In this document: positions 1-9,797 of the stretch, piece by piece
How positions within the stretch are numbered: the first letter of the stretch is position 1
Layout: each line of letters opens with the position of its first letter
DNA from: Elusimicrobiota bacterium
GTDB lineage: Bacteria; Elusimicrobiota; Elusimicrobia; UBA1565; UBA9628
Direction: 5' to 3'
Assembly (NCBI GenBank): GCA_016194705.1
Contig: JACQAZ010000001.1
Coordinates: forward strand, 20,019 to 84,018
DNA length: 64,000 nucleotides
The notes under the pieces: model-generated
What the model was told of the DNA's origin: nothing
Seen by the model: the letters and a program-made list of their open reading frames with translations, nothing else
The model's database searches: none
Position numbers and translations under genes: made by a program

Positions 1-2
1 GC

Positions 3-209
3 GGCGTCGACGCCGAGACCGGCCACTGCTTCTATCTCAGCGGCGGCGACAAGGCCGGGGCCTTGGTCGACGCGCTCAAGAAGCTCGCGCGCGCGGGCGT
101 CAACATCGAGTGCGCCGACGCAGTGGCCGGCGGCGGCAAGTTCGGGGCCACTTTGTTCGTCGACAAGGCGCATCTGGCCAAGGCCAAGAAGGCGCTCAAA
201 GCCCGCTAG
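3..209 (+). CDS. ACT-domain protein, C-terminal part (5' truncated by window edge)
   Basis: Manual translation: ...CFYLSGGDKAGALVDALKKLARAGVNIECADAVAGGGKFGATLFVD...KAR*. D-x-x-G-x-L...L-x-x-x-G-V-N-I is the ACT pattern. Confidence 0.7.
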   Translation, partial: GVDAETGHCFYLSGGDKAGALVDALKKLARAGVNIECADAVAGGGKFGATLFVDKAHLAKAKKALKAR

Positions 210-212
210 GCC

Positions 213-569
213 GTGGAGGCGGGGTTCAGGACGCTCGACGAGTTCTGGCCCTACTACGTCTCGCAGCATCTCAACCCGACGACACGGCGCCTGCATTTCG
301 CCGGGACGACCGCGGGCCTAGCCTGCCTGGCGGCCTCGCTCGTCTGGAACAACCCCTTCTGGGTCCCCATCGGGCTGGTCTGTTCCTACGGCCTGGCTTG
401 GATCGGCCATTATCGCTATGAGAAGAACCGCCCCGCGACCTTCGCCTATCCCCTTTTTTCGCTGCGCGCGGACTTCCGGATGTACAGGCTCATGTGGCTC
501 GGGAGGATGGACGCGGAGATCGCCGACCTAAGCGAACTCTTGAAGGTCTACCGCCGCGGCCGGGCTTAG
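213..569 (+). CDS. DUF962/Mpo1-like membrane protein
   Basis: Motifs FWPYYVSQH, RRLHFAGT and WIGHYRYEKNRPATF. Confidence 0.85.
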   Translation: MEAGFRTLDEFWPYYVSQHLNPTTRRLHFAGTTAGLACLAASLVWNNPFWVPIGLVCSYGLAWIGHYRYEKNRPATFAYPLFSLRADFRMYRLMWLGRMDAEIADLSELLKVYRRGRA

Positions 570-2593
570 AAAAAGCCGAGCATGCCGGCCGTGCCCGCCG
601 CCAGCAGCAGGATCGAGAAGGCGTACTGCGCCTCGAGGCTGTAGCAGGTGCTGGTCTTACCGTCGCAGACAAACGAGCGCAGCTCAAGATAGGGCACGGG
701 AGCCCGTCGGTACCAGCCGATCACGCTCATCTCCCGGCCGATCAGCGCGGGCACGCGCGTGATCGCGAAGATCCACTGGAACAGAGCCAGGGGCTGCTTG
801 TAATCGAGAAAGAGAAAGCCCGTCTCGTCCTGAAGGACCATGTCCTCGGAAATGATGTAGCCCGGGACCCCGCGGCCAATGATGGTTCCCTTCAAAGCCG
901 CTGGTATGCCGCGCACGCCAGAGACCTTCACTTTTTTCAGCGCGGCCGCGACCGTCATGTCGGGATAGAAGCCGGTGCGGTAGGAGAACCAGAGCTTGCC
1001 GAGGTTCCCGATGGCCCAGCCTCCCGCCGCGCTCCAGAACACATGGGGGCCGCTGACTCCCCAGAAGCTGTCGGAAGCCAGCGAGAGTCCGGCGAGGAGC
1101 CAGGGCAGCCAAAGCATCAAGAAGTCGACGGCGAACTCGTCCCAGTAGCTTTCCGGCTGCTTGAGGTCGAAATTCACAAAGGGGGTCTGGCCGTAGGCGG
1201 CCGCTTGCTGGCCCAACAGCTCTAGGCGGTGGGCCGGCAGGGGGTGGGTCGACTGGAGTTCGTAGTACTTGGCCCAAGGATTCCAGAGGTCCCACTGCAT
1301 CGCGCCCAGTATGTTCTCCTTGGAAGGCGCCCCGCTTCGCGACAGCGAAGCGGCGACCAAGCCCATCGCCCCGATGGGGTCGAAGATTCCCAAAGCCCGC
1401 ACGGTCTCGTGGGTGGCCGACTCCTCTCCCTTGGCGTCCTCGCTTCGGTGCCCGGCCAGACCGTAGGCGATCTTGACGAGCGCCGAGGACAGCGAATTCG
1501 GATCGTGGGTCAGCTCTCCCGAAAAGCGGTCGGCGTAGAGTTCGCGCGTGCGCGAAAGGAACAAGACCGTGTATTCCGTGAGAAGGTACAAGATCCACGC
1601 GACGAAGGCGATCAATGGGAAGGGATTGTTCTTCTTGGCCTTGACGCGGCTGCAGACCTTGTAAATGGTATAGAGGACCAGCGGGACCAAAGCCGCGACG
1701 GTCATGACCAGCATGTCCCAATGCACGATGTGGCCGATCTCGTGGCCGACGACCGCCTGCAGTTCCTTCTCCTCGAGCATGTCGAGCACACCCTGCGTCA
1801 GCACGAGGCGGGCGTTGCTCGGGACATGGCCGTAGGTGAAGGCGTTGGGGTTTCCGTCCTCGAGGATGCCGACCCGCGGGAACGGGACGCCCTGCGCTTG
1901 GCACGCCTGGTTGATGAACTGGCGCAGGGGCGCCGGCAGGTCCTCGGGATTGGCCCAATGGAAGGCGTGGAGCCAACTGAGGCTCAGGTCGGTGAACCAG
2001 GGACCGATGACGAAGCTGATCAGCAGCGAGGCGGCCGAGCCTATGAAGATGAAGTCCAGCGGCAGCTCCAGCTTCCAAACGACGATCGCGCAGAAGCCCG
2101 CCAGGACCGCGTAGAGAGCGCCGAGGACGACCACGGAGCGAAACGCGAGGCTCGGCAGCGCGGCCAAGCCCGCGGCGGCGGCTGCCGTGCGCGCAAACGA
2201 CGGAGTCTGAGCCGCCGGCGGCGCCGCGACGACCGCCGCAGGAGCGCCGGAACCGGCCATCTCCTTGTCGAGCATGGCCTGCACGGCTTGAACCTCGCCG
2301 CCGTCGAACCAGTTGCCCCCGCACTTGGCGCAGGCGTCGATCAGCGGCCCCGGAGGGGGGAACTGAGCCTGGACCATCGCGACCGCGCAGCGCGGGCAGG
2401 TCCGATTTGATGGCGATGTGTTCTTATACGCCTTGGCGTAGTCCTCGTAAAGGCGCTTGGGGTCCTTGACGTAATGATAGACCTCGCCCTTGTCGAACCA
2501 CACCCCGCTGCACGCGGCGCAGAAGTCGACGATGACCCCGTGCGGCCCCATCCGCTGCGTCAACGGCTTGCCTGCGCACGCCGGGCAGTCCAT
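566..2593 (-). CDS. HtpX-like M48 zinc metalloprotease with two N-terminal zinc-ribbon (zf-TFIIB-like) domains and a C-terminal extension
   Basis: CPAC...CAACSGVWFDKGE and CPRC...CAKCGGNWFDGGE; PNAFTYG, HEIGH, SRTRELYAD, STHP. Confidence 0.85.
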   Translation of the reverse strand: MDCPACAGKPLTQRMGPHGVIVDFCAACSGVWFDKGEVYHYVKDPKRLYEDYAKAYKNTSPSNRTCPRCAVAMVQAQFPPPGPLIDACAKCGGNWFDGGEVQAVQAMLDKEMAGSGAPAAVVAAPPAAQTPSFARTAAAAAGLAALPSLAFRSVVVLGALYAVLAGFCAIVVWKLELPLDFIFIGSAASLLISFVIGPWFTDLSLSWLHAFHWANPEDLPAPLRQFINQACQAQGVPFPRVGILEDGNPNAFTYGHVPSNARLVLTQGVLDMLEEKELQAVVGHEIGHIVHWDMLVMTVAALVPLVLYTIYKVCSRVKAKKNNPFPLIAFVAWILYLLTEYTVLFLSRTRELYADRFSGELTHDPNSLSSALVKIAYGLAGHRSEDAKGEESATHETVRALGIFDPIGAMGLVAASLSRSGAPSKENILGAMQWDLWNPWAKYYELQSTHPLPAHRLELLGQQAAAYGQTPFVNFDLKQPESYWDEFAVDFLMLWLPWLLAGLSLASDSFWGVSGPHVFWSAAGGWAIGNLGKLWFSYRTGFYPDMTVAAALKKVKVSGVRGIPAALKGTIIGRGVPGYIISEDMVLQDETGFLFLDYKQPLALFQWIFAITRVPALIGREMSVIGWYRRAPVPYLELRSFVCDGKTSTCYSLEAQYAFSILLLAAGTAGMLGFF

Positions 2594-2641
2594 ACGCCCG
2601 AAGTATAGCAGGGGAACGGCTATTCTTCAATCCCGGCGTTT

Positions 2642-3229
2642 TCAGCGGCAGTCCGCCGGCGAGCGCTCGGCCACTTCCTGACGGCGCTCGTGGAAGAACG
2701 GCACGCCCCGGACCTTGGTCGACACCGTCTCGACCAAAGTCACGCGGCAGACCTCGCCGTCGAGCTCGGCGGTCTTCTTGAGGACCACGCGCACCGCGAT
2801 CTTCTCGCGCCCTTCGCCCGCCTTCAGGATGTCGTCGGGGCCGGCGCCTCCCGGCATGCAGCGGCCCGCGGCGACGCAGGGTGCCCCCTCGCGGGTGTTG
2901 CGGTGGTTGAGCACCGTCAGCTCGGCCAGGGCGGGCACGAGGATCTTGAGCATCGGCGCCTGGTAGTCGGCGGCCGAGCACTTCACCGTCTTGGTGTTCA
3001 GGTCGACCGGGACGACGCTGGTCTGGTCGCGCACGACCGATTCTGCGCCCAGCGGGCGGACCGAAGTCGCGGCGACGGAGACTGAGTCCTGGGTCTTCGC
3101 CGTCTCGATCGCGGCGCGGGCCGCGGGGCCGGCCGCGGAGAAGTCGGCGTCGAACGCGGCGACTGAGACGGAAGCAAGGCTTGCGACCAGTCCGAGTGCG
3201 GCAAGCTGCGTCTTGAGCGGCTTCGTCAT
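2642..3229 (-). CDS. Secreted Cys-containing hypothetical protein
   Basis: Signal peptide MTKPLKTQLAALGLVASLASVSVA from ATG 3229; several Cys in the C-terminal domain. Confidence 0.7.
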   Translation of the reverse strand: MTKPLKTQLAALGLVASLASVSVAAFDADFSAAGPAARAAIETAKTQDSVSVAATSVRPLGAESVVRDQTSVVPVDLNTKTVKCSAADYQAPMLKILVPALAELTVLNHRNTREGAPCVAAGRCMPGGAGPDDILKAGEGREKIAVRVVLKKTAELDGEVCRVTLVETVSTKVRGVPFFHERRQEVAERSPADCR

Positions 3230-3336
3230 GGCAGGACCCCCTTTGCGCCTTTGGTCTCCCTCGCGGGAGGCCCGACCACTATAGCATGGGAACATTAATA
3301 ACCAACAATTAATAATTATTACATCTATATTGTGTT

Positions 3337-5244
3337 TTAGTTACTATTTTCGGCGGCGAAGAACGTCCCGAGCTCCGCGAGCGTCGCGAGCCTGCGGCAG
3401 CGCGGCAGGGCCTCGAGGAAGGCCCGGCCGTAGCCCTTCTTGACGATGCGAGGATCCAGCACGACGACCGCGCCGCGGTCGGTCGACGAACGGATGAGGC
3501 GCCCGAAGCCCTGCCGGAACTTCATGACCGCGCGAGGGAGGCTGAAATCGTGGAAATAGCCTTTGCCGTTGGCCTCGAACCAGGCGCGCCGCGCCTCCTC
3601 GATCGGCGAGCCGAAATTCGCGAAGGGGAGCTTGACGAGCACGACGCAGGACAACGCTCCGCCGGACACGTCGACTCCTTGCCAGAAGGTGTCGACGCCG
3701 AGCAGGACGGCGTTGCCGGCTTGCGTGAAATCCGAGATCAGCGCGTCGTGGCCGGAATCTCCCTGGACCCACAACGGCCTGCCCTTGACCGTCTTGCGCA
3801 GGATCGCATGGACCCGGCGCAGCGACTTCCAGCTCGAGAACAGGATGAACAGGCCGCCGGGCACCGCGTCGATGATTTTGCGGCAGCGCGCGGACAGCGA
3901 CGAGGCGTATTTCGAGTCGTCGGAGGGCTCGGGCAGGTCGTCCATGATCAGCAGCCCCGCCTGCGTCGGATAATCGAAGGGCGAGTCGAGGACGAGCTCG
4001 CGCGCGTCGGGACAGCCGACCGCGGACTTGAAGTCCTTGAGGCCGTCGCCCGCCGAAAGGGTCGCCGAGGTCATCACGACGGGGATGCCGCGGGAGAATA
4101 GCCCTTCCGAGAGCCTCTGCGCGACCTCCAGCGGCGCGACCCGCAATTCGATGCCCCGGGGCGACCACTCGATCCAGCGCGCCAGATCCTCGGACTCCCC
4201 GGAAAGGATCGCGGCAAGATCGGAGCGCAGGGCGGCCGCGCGCCCCTGAAGCAGCCGCAGTTCGACCTGCTTTTCGGCCTGCCCCGCGGCCGCCGCCGCG
4301 CCGTCGAGGCCCTTCTCGAGCGCCGCCAGCGACTTGGGCGCCGCGATGTCCACGAGGCCCGACAGAAGCCTTCCTCCCGGCTCGGCGTCGTCGCCGGAGC
4401 GCCCATGCGCGTTTGCCAGCGCAGCGAAGAACGCCGCGAAGTCCTCCGCGGACTTGGCGCGCAGGGCCTCGAATCCGAAGGGCCGGATGTCCTCCAGGAG
4501 ATTGGCCAGGCGGGCCGGGCTCACGCTCAGCCCGAACCGGGACACGGCGGTCTCTTCGAGGTTGTGGGCCTCGTCGATGACCAGGGCGTCGTAAGCCGGA
4601 AGGCGCGCGCCGGACAGGAGCAGGGCGTGGTTGACCACGAGCACATGGGAGCGCTCGGCGCGCTCGCGGTCCTTGCGGTAGAGGCAGCCGCTCCAGAAGC
4701 ATCCCCCAGGACCTTGGCAGAGCTCCGGGTCGCGCGAGAGCCGGCTCCAGAGGCCTTGGGGGACCAAGCAGGGCAGCGCCGAGCGGTGCCCTGTCTCGGC
4801 GGTGCGCGCCCAAGCGGCGAGTTCGGCGACGACCCGGCCGACCGCCTCGGGGAGCATGGCGGGAGACTCGGCCGCGCGCCCAAGGCGCTGCGCGCAGAGG
4901 TAGTTGTCGGCGCCCTGGAGCATCGCGTAGCGCAGGGAATGCCCGAGCAGGCGCAGGACGCGCGCGGCCATGGGCAGGTCCTTCTCGAGGAGCTGCTCCT
5001 GCAGGGCGCGCGTGTGCGTCGAGACGAGCAGTCTGCGGCCGCGCGATACCGCCCACAAAGCGCCCGGAAGAAGATAGGCCAGCGACTTGCCGACGCCGGT
5101 GCCGGCCTCGACGACGAGGTTGGTCTCGCGCTCGAGAGCCTCCGCGACGGCCGCGGCCATCTGCGCCTGCTGGGGACGGGCCTCGAAGCGCGGGTCGACC
5201 CGCGACAGAGGGCCGTCATCGGCGAAGAGGCTCTGGATGTCCAT
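3337..5244 (-). CDS. DinG/YoaA-family ATP-dependent DNA helicase
   Basis: EAGTGVGKSLAYL (Walker A), Fe-S Cys (YLC...CQGPGGCFWSGC), IDEAHN, TSATL, FWQGVDV, QGFGRLIR. Confidence 0.92.
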   Translation of the reverse strand: MDIQSLFADDGPLSRVDPRFEARPQQAQMAAAVAEALERETNLVVEAGTGVGKSLAYLLPGALWAVSRGRRLLVSTHTRALQEQLLEKDLPMAARVLRLLGHSLRYAMLQGADNYLCAQRLGRAAESPAMLPEAVGRVVAELAAWARTAETGHRSALPCLVPQGLWSRLSRDPELCQGPGGCFWSGCLYRKDRERAERSHVLVVNHALLLSGARLPAYDALVIDEAHNLEETAVSRFGLSVSPARLANLLEDIRPFGFEALRAKSAEDFAAFFAALANAHGRSGDDAEPGGRLLSGLVDIAAPKSLAALEKGLDGAAAAAGQAEKQVELRLLQGRAAALRSDLAAILSGESEDLARWIEWSPRGIELRVAPLEVAQRLSEGLFSRGIPVVMTSATLSAGDGLKDFKSAVGCPDARELVLDSPFDYPTQAGLLIMDDLPEPSDDSKYASSLSARCRKIIDAVPGGLFILFSSWKSLRRVHAILRKTVKGRPLWVQGDSGHDALISDFTQAGNAVLLGVDTFWQGVDVSGGALSCVVLVKLPFANFGSPIEEARRAWFEANGKGYFHDFSLPRAVMKFRQGFGRLIRSSTDRGAVVVLDPRIVKKGYGRAFLEALPRCRRLATLAELGTFFAAENSN

Positions 5245-5271
5245 GCACCGCTATTCTAACAAAGCCGAGGC

Positions 5272-5300
5272 TTGCCAAATGGGCGGCGTTGCGCTATCCT
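5272..5300 (+). promoter_or_regulatory. Sigma70-type promoter TTGCCA-17-TATCCT
   Basis: TTGCCA 5272-5277 and TATCCT 5295-5300; ATG 6 nt downstream at 5307. Confidence 0.6.
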
Positions 5301-5335
5301 CTCGCCATGGCCGGCGCTCTTTCCTTTAATAGGTG

Positions 5336-7552
5336 ATGCGCGACGCGCGAATCCGGCTGGCGCCGGTCCTGATGGCCCTCTCCGGGGCCGCGGCGCTGGC
5401 CTACGAGACGGTCTGGCTGCGCATGCTCGCGCGCACTTTCGGGGTCACCGTCTACGCCGTCGCGGGGCTCGTCGCGCTCTACATGGGAGGCCTCGCGCTC
5501 GGAGCCGCGTGGTCAGCCCGACAGCGCGGGCCGGCCGATTGGCTGCGCCGCTACGCTTGGCTCGAGGCCGGCGCCGCGGCGTCCTCGCTCGCGGCGACCT
5601 GGTGGCTCATGCGCCTGCCGCAAGTCGTCGCCGCGCTCTCCACGGGGGCCCCGCTTCCCGCTGGGCTGCGCCTGGCCCTAGCCGCGCCCGCTCTGCTGCC
5701 GCCGACGGTGCTGCTCGGGGCGACGCTGCCGGCGCTCGCGCGCGACGGCGCGGACGCGGCGCGGCTCTACGGAGCCAACACCTTGGGCGCCATGGCGGGA
5801 CTGCTGGTCTGCGCGCTGGTCACGATCGGGGCCTGGGGGGAGACGGCCACGATCGCGGGCGCGGCCGGTCTCAACTGCGCGGCCGCCGCCGCGGCGCTGC
5901 TGCTCTCGCGGCGGCGCAGGAACCTCGCGGCGCCCCGGTTCGAGCAAGGCGCGGGCGGCGCGCCGCTGGCGCTGGGTCTCTTCGCCCTCTCGGGCTTCTG
6001 CGCGATGGGCTGCGAGGTCCTCTGGTCTCGGGAGCTCATCCCCCTGGTCGGAAACTCGACCTACGCCTTCGCGCTGCTGCTGGCCGCGTATCTCGGCGGC
6101 CTCGGCCTGGGCAGCTGTCTGCGCCTTGAGGCGCCGCGGCCCTGGGAGTCGTTCGCCGCTCTGTTGGCCGCGCTCGGCGCGGCGATCGCCTTGAGCGCGG
6201 CCAGCACGCGCTTCGTCGGGATACGGATCGATTCTCCCGATTTTCTCTACTCGCCTCTGCGAAGCTTCGCCGATTTTCCCCTGGTCGCCGCCGAGGCTCT
6301 GGTCTTCGTGTTTCCGTCGTCCTTGATCCTCGGCCTGCTGTTTCCGGTCGCGCTGAGCCTCTCCGGGAAGGACGGCGCCGCGGTCGGCCGCCTTTACGCC
6401 TGGAACACCCTGGGCGGCATCGCGGGCTCTTTGCTCTGCGGCTTCGCCGGCATCGCCGTTCTCGGGAGCCACGCGAGCCTCTTGGCGCTGGCCGGCCTCG
6501 CGCTGGCCGGGAGCGTCTGCGCCGCCGCGCACGCGGGCGGGCGCCGCGGCTGGGCCGCCGCCGGCGCATCGGCCCTCTTGGCCCTGGCGGCCTGCGCCTA
6601 CGCGCGCCTCGATCCCGCGCTCGAGATCCTCGCGGCTCGACTCGGCAAGACCCACCAAGGCGAGATCTCGTTTCTGTTCCACGACGAGTCTCCCGCGGCC
6701 ACGATCACCGGCACCGTTTCGACCGAAGGGGGGCGCACCCTGCTCATCAACGGCATCGAGACCTCCGCGGCCGGCCTCCTCGGGGCGCTCATGGAGCTGC
6801 TGCCCAACATCGCCGTCCCCGAGCCGCGCTCGACCCTGGTGATCTGCTTCGGCGTCGGCAACACCTTCCGCGCCGCCTCCCTGCTCGGAGGCTCGGTCGA
6901 CGCCGTGGAGCTCGTCGGCGACGTCGTGCGCAGGATGCCCTTCTTCCATCCCGACGCCGCGCAGCATCTGGCCAAGACCGGCAACGCCGTCTTCATCGAG
7001 GACGGCCGCAGCTACCTGCTGCGGACCGCCAAGCGCTACGACGTCATCGTGATCGACGCCGCGCCCCCTCTCTATAGCGCCGGGGCCGTCAACCTTTACA
7101 CGCGTGAGTTCCTGACCCTGGCGCGCGGCCATCTGACCGAGCAGGGCGCGCTCGCCCTCTGGCTGCCGACGCTCTCCTTCGAGAGCGACTATTGGCAGAT
7201 CCTGCGCGGCTTCAGCGATTCCTTCGAGCATGTCTCGGTCTGGGAGCAGCCGCTGATCCCGGGGTTTCTGGTCATCGGCTCGGCCAAACCGCGCGCCTGG
7301 CCGCCTGCGGACCTCGGGGCCATCGTGCGCCGGCGCGTGCCCCGGGCCCTGCGCTGGGAGGGACTCAACGAGGGGAGGCTCCGGATGGATTTCTGGCTCT
7401 CTGAGGCCGACCTCCGGGCCTTCGTCTCCCGCTTCGAGCCGGTGACCGACGACCGGCCCACCGTCGAGTTTCCGCTGGCGCGCTTCTGGCGCGGCGAGCC
7501 TCTGATGAGGTCCCCGGAATTCCTGCGCAAGGCGGTCGGCGCGGCGCGTTGA
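5336..7552 (+). CDS. Fused MFS-like membrane domain / spermidine-synthase-like SAM-dependent transferase
   Basis: SGAAALAYETVW and RLYGANTLG membrane repeats; C-terminal VELV...EDGRSYL...YDVIVID...NLYTREF. Confidence 0.85.
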   Translation: MRDARIRLAPVLMALSGAAALAYETVWLRMLARTFGVTVYAVAGLVALYMGGLALGAAWSARQRGPADWLRRYAWLEAGAAASSLAATWWLMRLPQVVAALSTGAPLPAGLRLALAAPALLPPTVLLGATLPALARDGADAARLYGANTLGAMAGLLVCALVTIGAWGETATIAGAAGLNCAAAAAALLLSRRRRNLAAPRFEQGAGGAPLALGLFALSGFCAMGCEVLWSRELIPLVGNSTYAFALLLAAYLGGLGLGSCLRLEAPRPWESFAALLAALGAAIALSAASTRFVGIRIDSPDFLYSPLRSFADFPLVAAEALVFVFPSSLILGLLFPVALSLSGKDGAAVGRLYAWNTLGGIAGSLLCGFAGIAVLGSHASLLALAGLALAGSVCAAAHAGGRRGWAAAGASALLALAACAYARLDPALEILAARLGKTHQGEISFLFHDESPAATITGTVSTEGGRTLLINGIETSAAGLLGALMELLPNIAVPEPRSTLVICFGVGNTFRAASLLGGSVDAVELVGDVVRRMPFFHPDAAQHLAKTGNAVFIEDGRSYLLRTAKRYDVIVIDAAPPLYSAGAVNLYTREFLTLARGHLTEQGALALWLPTLSFESDYWQILRGFSDSFEHVSVWEQPLIPGFLVIGSAKPRAWPPADLGAIVRRRVPRALRWEGLNEGRLRMDFWLSEADLRAFVSRFEPVTDDRPTVEFPLARFWRGEPLMRSPEFLRKAVGAAR

Positions 7553-7564
7553 GAGGAGGCAGAG

Positions 7565-8410
7565 CTATTTGCTGACGAGCTCGACGCGCCGGTTCTTGGC
7601 GCGGCCCTCTTCGGCCTTGTTGTCGGCGACCGGCTTGCCGTCGCCGAAGCCCTCGGCGGAAAGGCGCGCCTCGTCGACGCCGGAGGCGACCAAGGCGGCC
7701 TTGACGGCGGCCGAGCGGCGCTTGGACAAGGCCAGGTTCGCTTTGGCCTCACCGACATTGTCGGTATGCCCCTCGATGAGCAGTTTCAGGGACTCGTCGG
7801 CCTCGAGCATGGCGCGCACCTCGTCGACGAGCTTGAGCGACTCGGGCTTGATCGCGGACTTGCCCGTGTCGAAGAGGATGCCGTGCAGGGCGACGCGCCC
7901 GGAGGCCTTGAGGGCCTTGGCCATGTCGGCGGCGGTGAGCTCGACGCTCTGCTTCATCGCCGCGGTCTCGACGACGTCGAGCTCGTAGACCTCGCCGTTG
8001 TTGGAGACCGAGGTGTGCAGCCAGAGCTCGCCTCCCCCGGGAGCGGTCTTCTTGAGGGTCACCTCGCCGTCGTCCTCCTTGGAATAGAGGACGCTGCCGC
8101 CCGCCTTCTTGAAGGCGTTGGCGTAGTTGCGCGCGATCTCCAGCGGGCTCGGCGCCTTGCGGCCCTCGTGAATCCAGTACTCCAGGCGCCAGGTCCGGCC
8201 TTCGACGCGCTTGGTCTTGTCCTCGTCGGGCGTCCCGACCGAGAACTCGAACGCCCCGAAGTCGTGAGATTCGGAGCGGTCCTGCAGCTCGAACCCGGGC
8301 AGGGGGGGTATGCCCGGATGCCCCTTGGGCTTGGGCTCGTCCTGGGCGCGCGGCGCGACGGCAAGGCACGCGGCCGCGGCCGCGAGCAAGACGGTCTCTC
8401 TCTTCATCAT
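7565..8410 (-). CDS. OmpA-family peptidoglycan-binding protein with N-terminal periplasmic domain
   Basis: Signal peptide from ATG 8410; ILFDTGKS, IEGHTDNVG, NLALSKRRS, GRAKNRRVE. Confidence 0.9.
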   Translation of the reverse strand: MMKRETVLLAAAAACLAVAPRAQDEPKPKGHPGIPPLPGFELQDRSESHDFGAFEFSVGTPDEDKTKRVEGRTWRLEYWIHEGRKAPSPLEIARNYANAFKKAGGSVLYSKEDDGEVTLKKTAPGGGELWLHTSVSNNGEVYELDVVETAAMKQSVELTAADMAKALKASGRVALHGILFDTGKSAIKPESLKLVDEVRAMLEADESLKLLIEGHTDNVGEAKANLALSKRRSAAVKAALVASGVDEARLSAEGFGDGKPVADNKAEEGRAKNRRVELVSK

Positions 8411-8438
8411 GGCGGCGAGTATACTACAATCTTCCCGG

Positions 8439-9791
8439 ATGCTCAACGCGCTCGCCGAATTCTACAAGCCCGCTCCCTTCGCTCCGCCGGCGGCCAAGGA
8501 GGCGATCGAGCCGCTCTACCGGCGCTACCGCTGGCAGATGATGCTCTCGGCCTTCTGGGGCTACGCCGGCTTCTACCTTGTGCGCAAGAACTTCTCGCTG
8601 GCCAAGCCCTACCTGATCCGGGACCTTCACATGAGCACGACGGACGTGGGACTCATCGCGACCGGCCTTTCTCTGTCCTACGGGGTCAGCAAGTTCGTCA
8701 TGGGCAGCCTCTCCGACCGCTCGAACCCGCGCTATTTCATGGCGACGAGACTCATCCTCTCCGGACTCGTCAACCTCCTGTTCGGCACGCTGTCCTCATT
8801 GTGGGTGATGGTCTTCTGCTGGTTCCTCAACGGCTGGTTCCAGGGGATGGGCTGGACCCCCTGCGCCCGGACCTTGACCCATTGGTTCTCCGACCGCGAG
8901 CGCGGCAGGATGTTCGCGGTCTGGAACACGGCGCACAACATCGGCGGCGGTCTTGCGGGCCCCATCGGCAGCCTCGCGATCCTCCTCTTCGCCTCGTGGA
9001 CCTCGCTGTTCTACCTCCCCGGACTCCTGGCGATCGGGTTCGGAGTCCTGCTCATCATCTTCCTGCGCGACACTCCCCAGTCCGTCGGGCTGCCGCCGAT
9101 CGAGGAGTTCAAGGACGACTATCCCGAGACGGCGGTCAAGGACCGCGAGCGCGAACTGACCTCGAAGGAGATCTGCTTCGACTTCGTGCTCAACAACAAG
9201 CTGATCTGGCTGCTCGCGACGGCGAACATCTTCGTCTATGTCGTCCGCTACGGCGTGCTCGACTGGGCGCCGACTTATCTGACCGCGGTCAAGGGCAGCT
9301 CGCAGAACGTCGCGCGGTGGCAGTTCCTCGTCTACGAGTTCGCGGGGATCCCGGGGACCCTGCTGGCCGGTTGGCTCAGCGACCGCTGGTTCCGCGGCCG
9401 GCGCGGGCCGGTCTCGGTGCTCTTCATGGCGGCGGTGGCCGCGGCGGTCCTCGTTTATTGGCGTAATCCGCCGGGTCGGCCGTGGGTCGACTCCTTGACC
9501 CTTTCCATGATCGGTTTCCTCATTTACGGCCCGCTGATGCTGGTCGCAGTCGCCGGCGTCGACTGCGTTCCCAAGAAGGCAGCCGGGACCGCGGCGGGCT
9601 TCATCGGCCTGTTCGGCTACGTCGGCGGCGCGACCATCGCGGAATTGGGCATCGGCAAGGTGGTCCAGCATTGGGGCTGGGATGGGGGTTTCTGGGTCAT
9701 CTTGGCCTCCTGCCTGCTGTCCGCGGCTCTGCTCGCGCCCACCTGGAATACGCACGACCGCGGACCCGACCCTCACGAGGAGGCCTCATAA
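8439..9791 (+). CDS. glpT: Glycerol-3-phosphate:phosphate antiporter (OPA family MFS)
   Basis: GYAGFYLVRKNFSLA, SDRSNPR, FQGMGW, WNTAHNIGG, PKKAAGTAAGFIGLFGY; adjacent to a GDPD gene. Confidence 0.9.
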   Translation: MLNALAEFYKPAPFAPPAAKEAIEPLYRRYRWQMMLSAFWGYAGFYLVRKNFSLAKPYLIRDLHMSTTDVGLIATGLSLSYGVSKFVMGSLSDRSNPRYFMATRLILSGLVNLLFGTLSSLWVMVFCWFLNGWFQGMGWTPCARTLTHWFSDRERGRMFAVWNTAHNIGGGLAGPIGSLAILLFASWTSLFYLPGLLAIGFGVLLIIFLRDTPQSVGLPPIEEFKDDYPETAVKDRERELTSKEICFDFVLNNKLIWLLATANIFVYVVRYGVLDWAPTYLTAVKGSSQNVARWQFLVYEFAGIPGTLLAGWLSDRWFRGRRGPVSVLFMAAVAAAVLVYWRNPPGRPWVDSLTLSMIGFLIYGPLMLVAVAGVDCVPKKAAGTAAGFIGLFGYVGGATIAELGIGKVVQHWGWDGGFWVILASCLLSAALLAPTWNTHDRGPDPHEEAS

Positions 9792-9797
9792 AGAGAC

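Noticed and set aside
3337-5244. DinG as part of a type IV CRISPR or other defence system
   Set aside because: No cas genes or repeat-spacer array in the window; it looks like an ordinary YoaA/DinG repair helicase.
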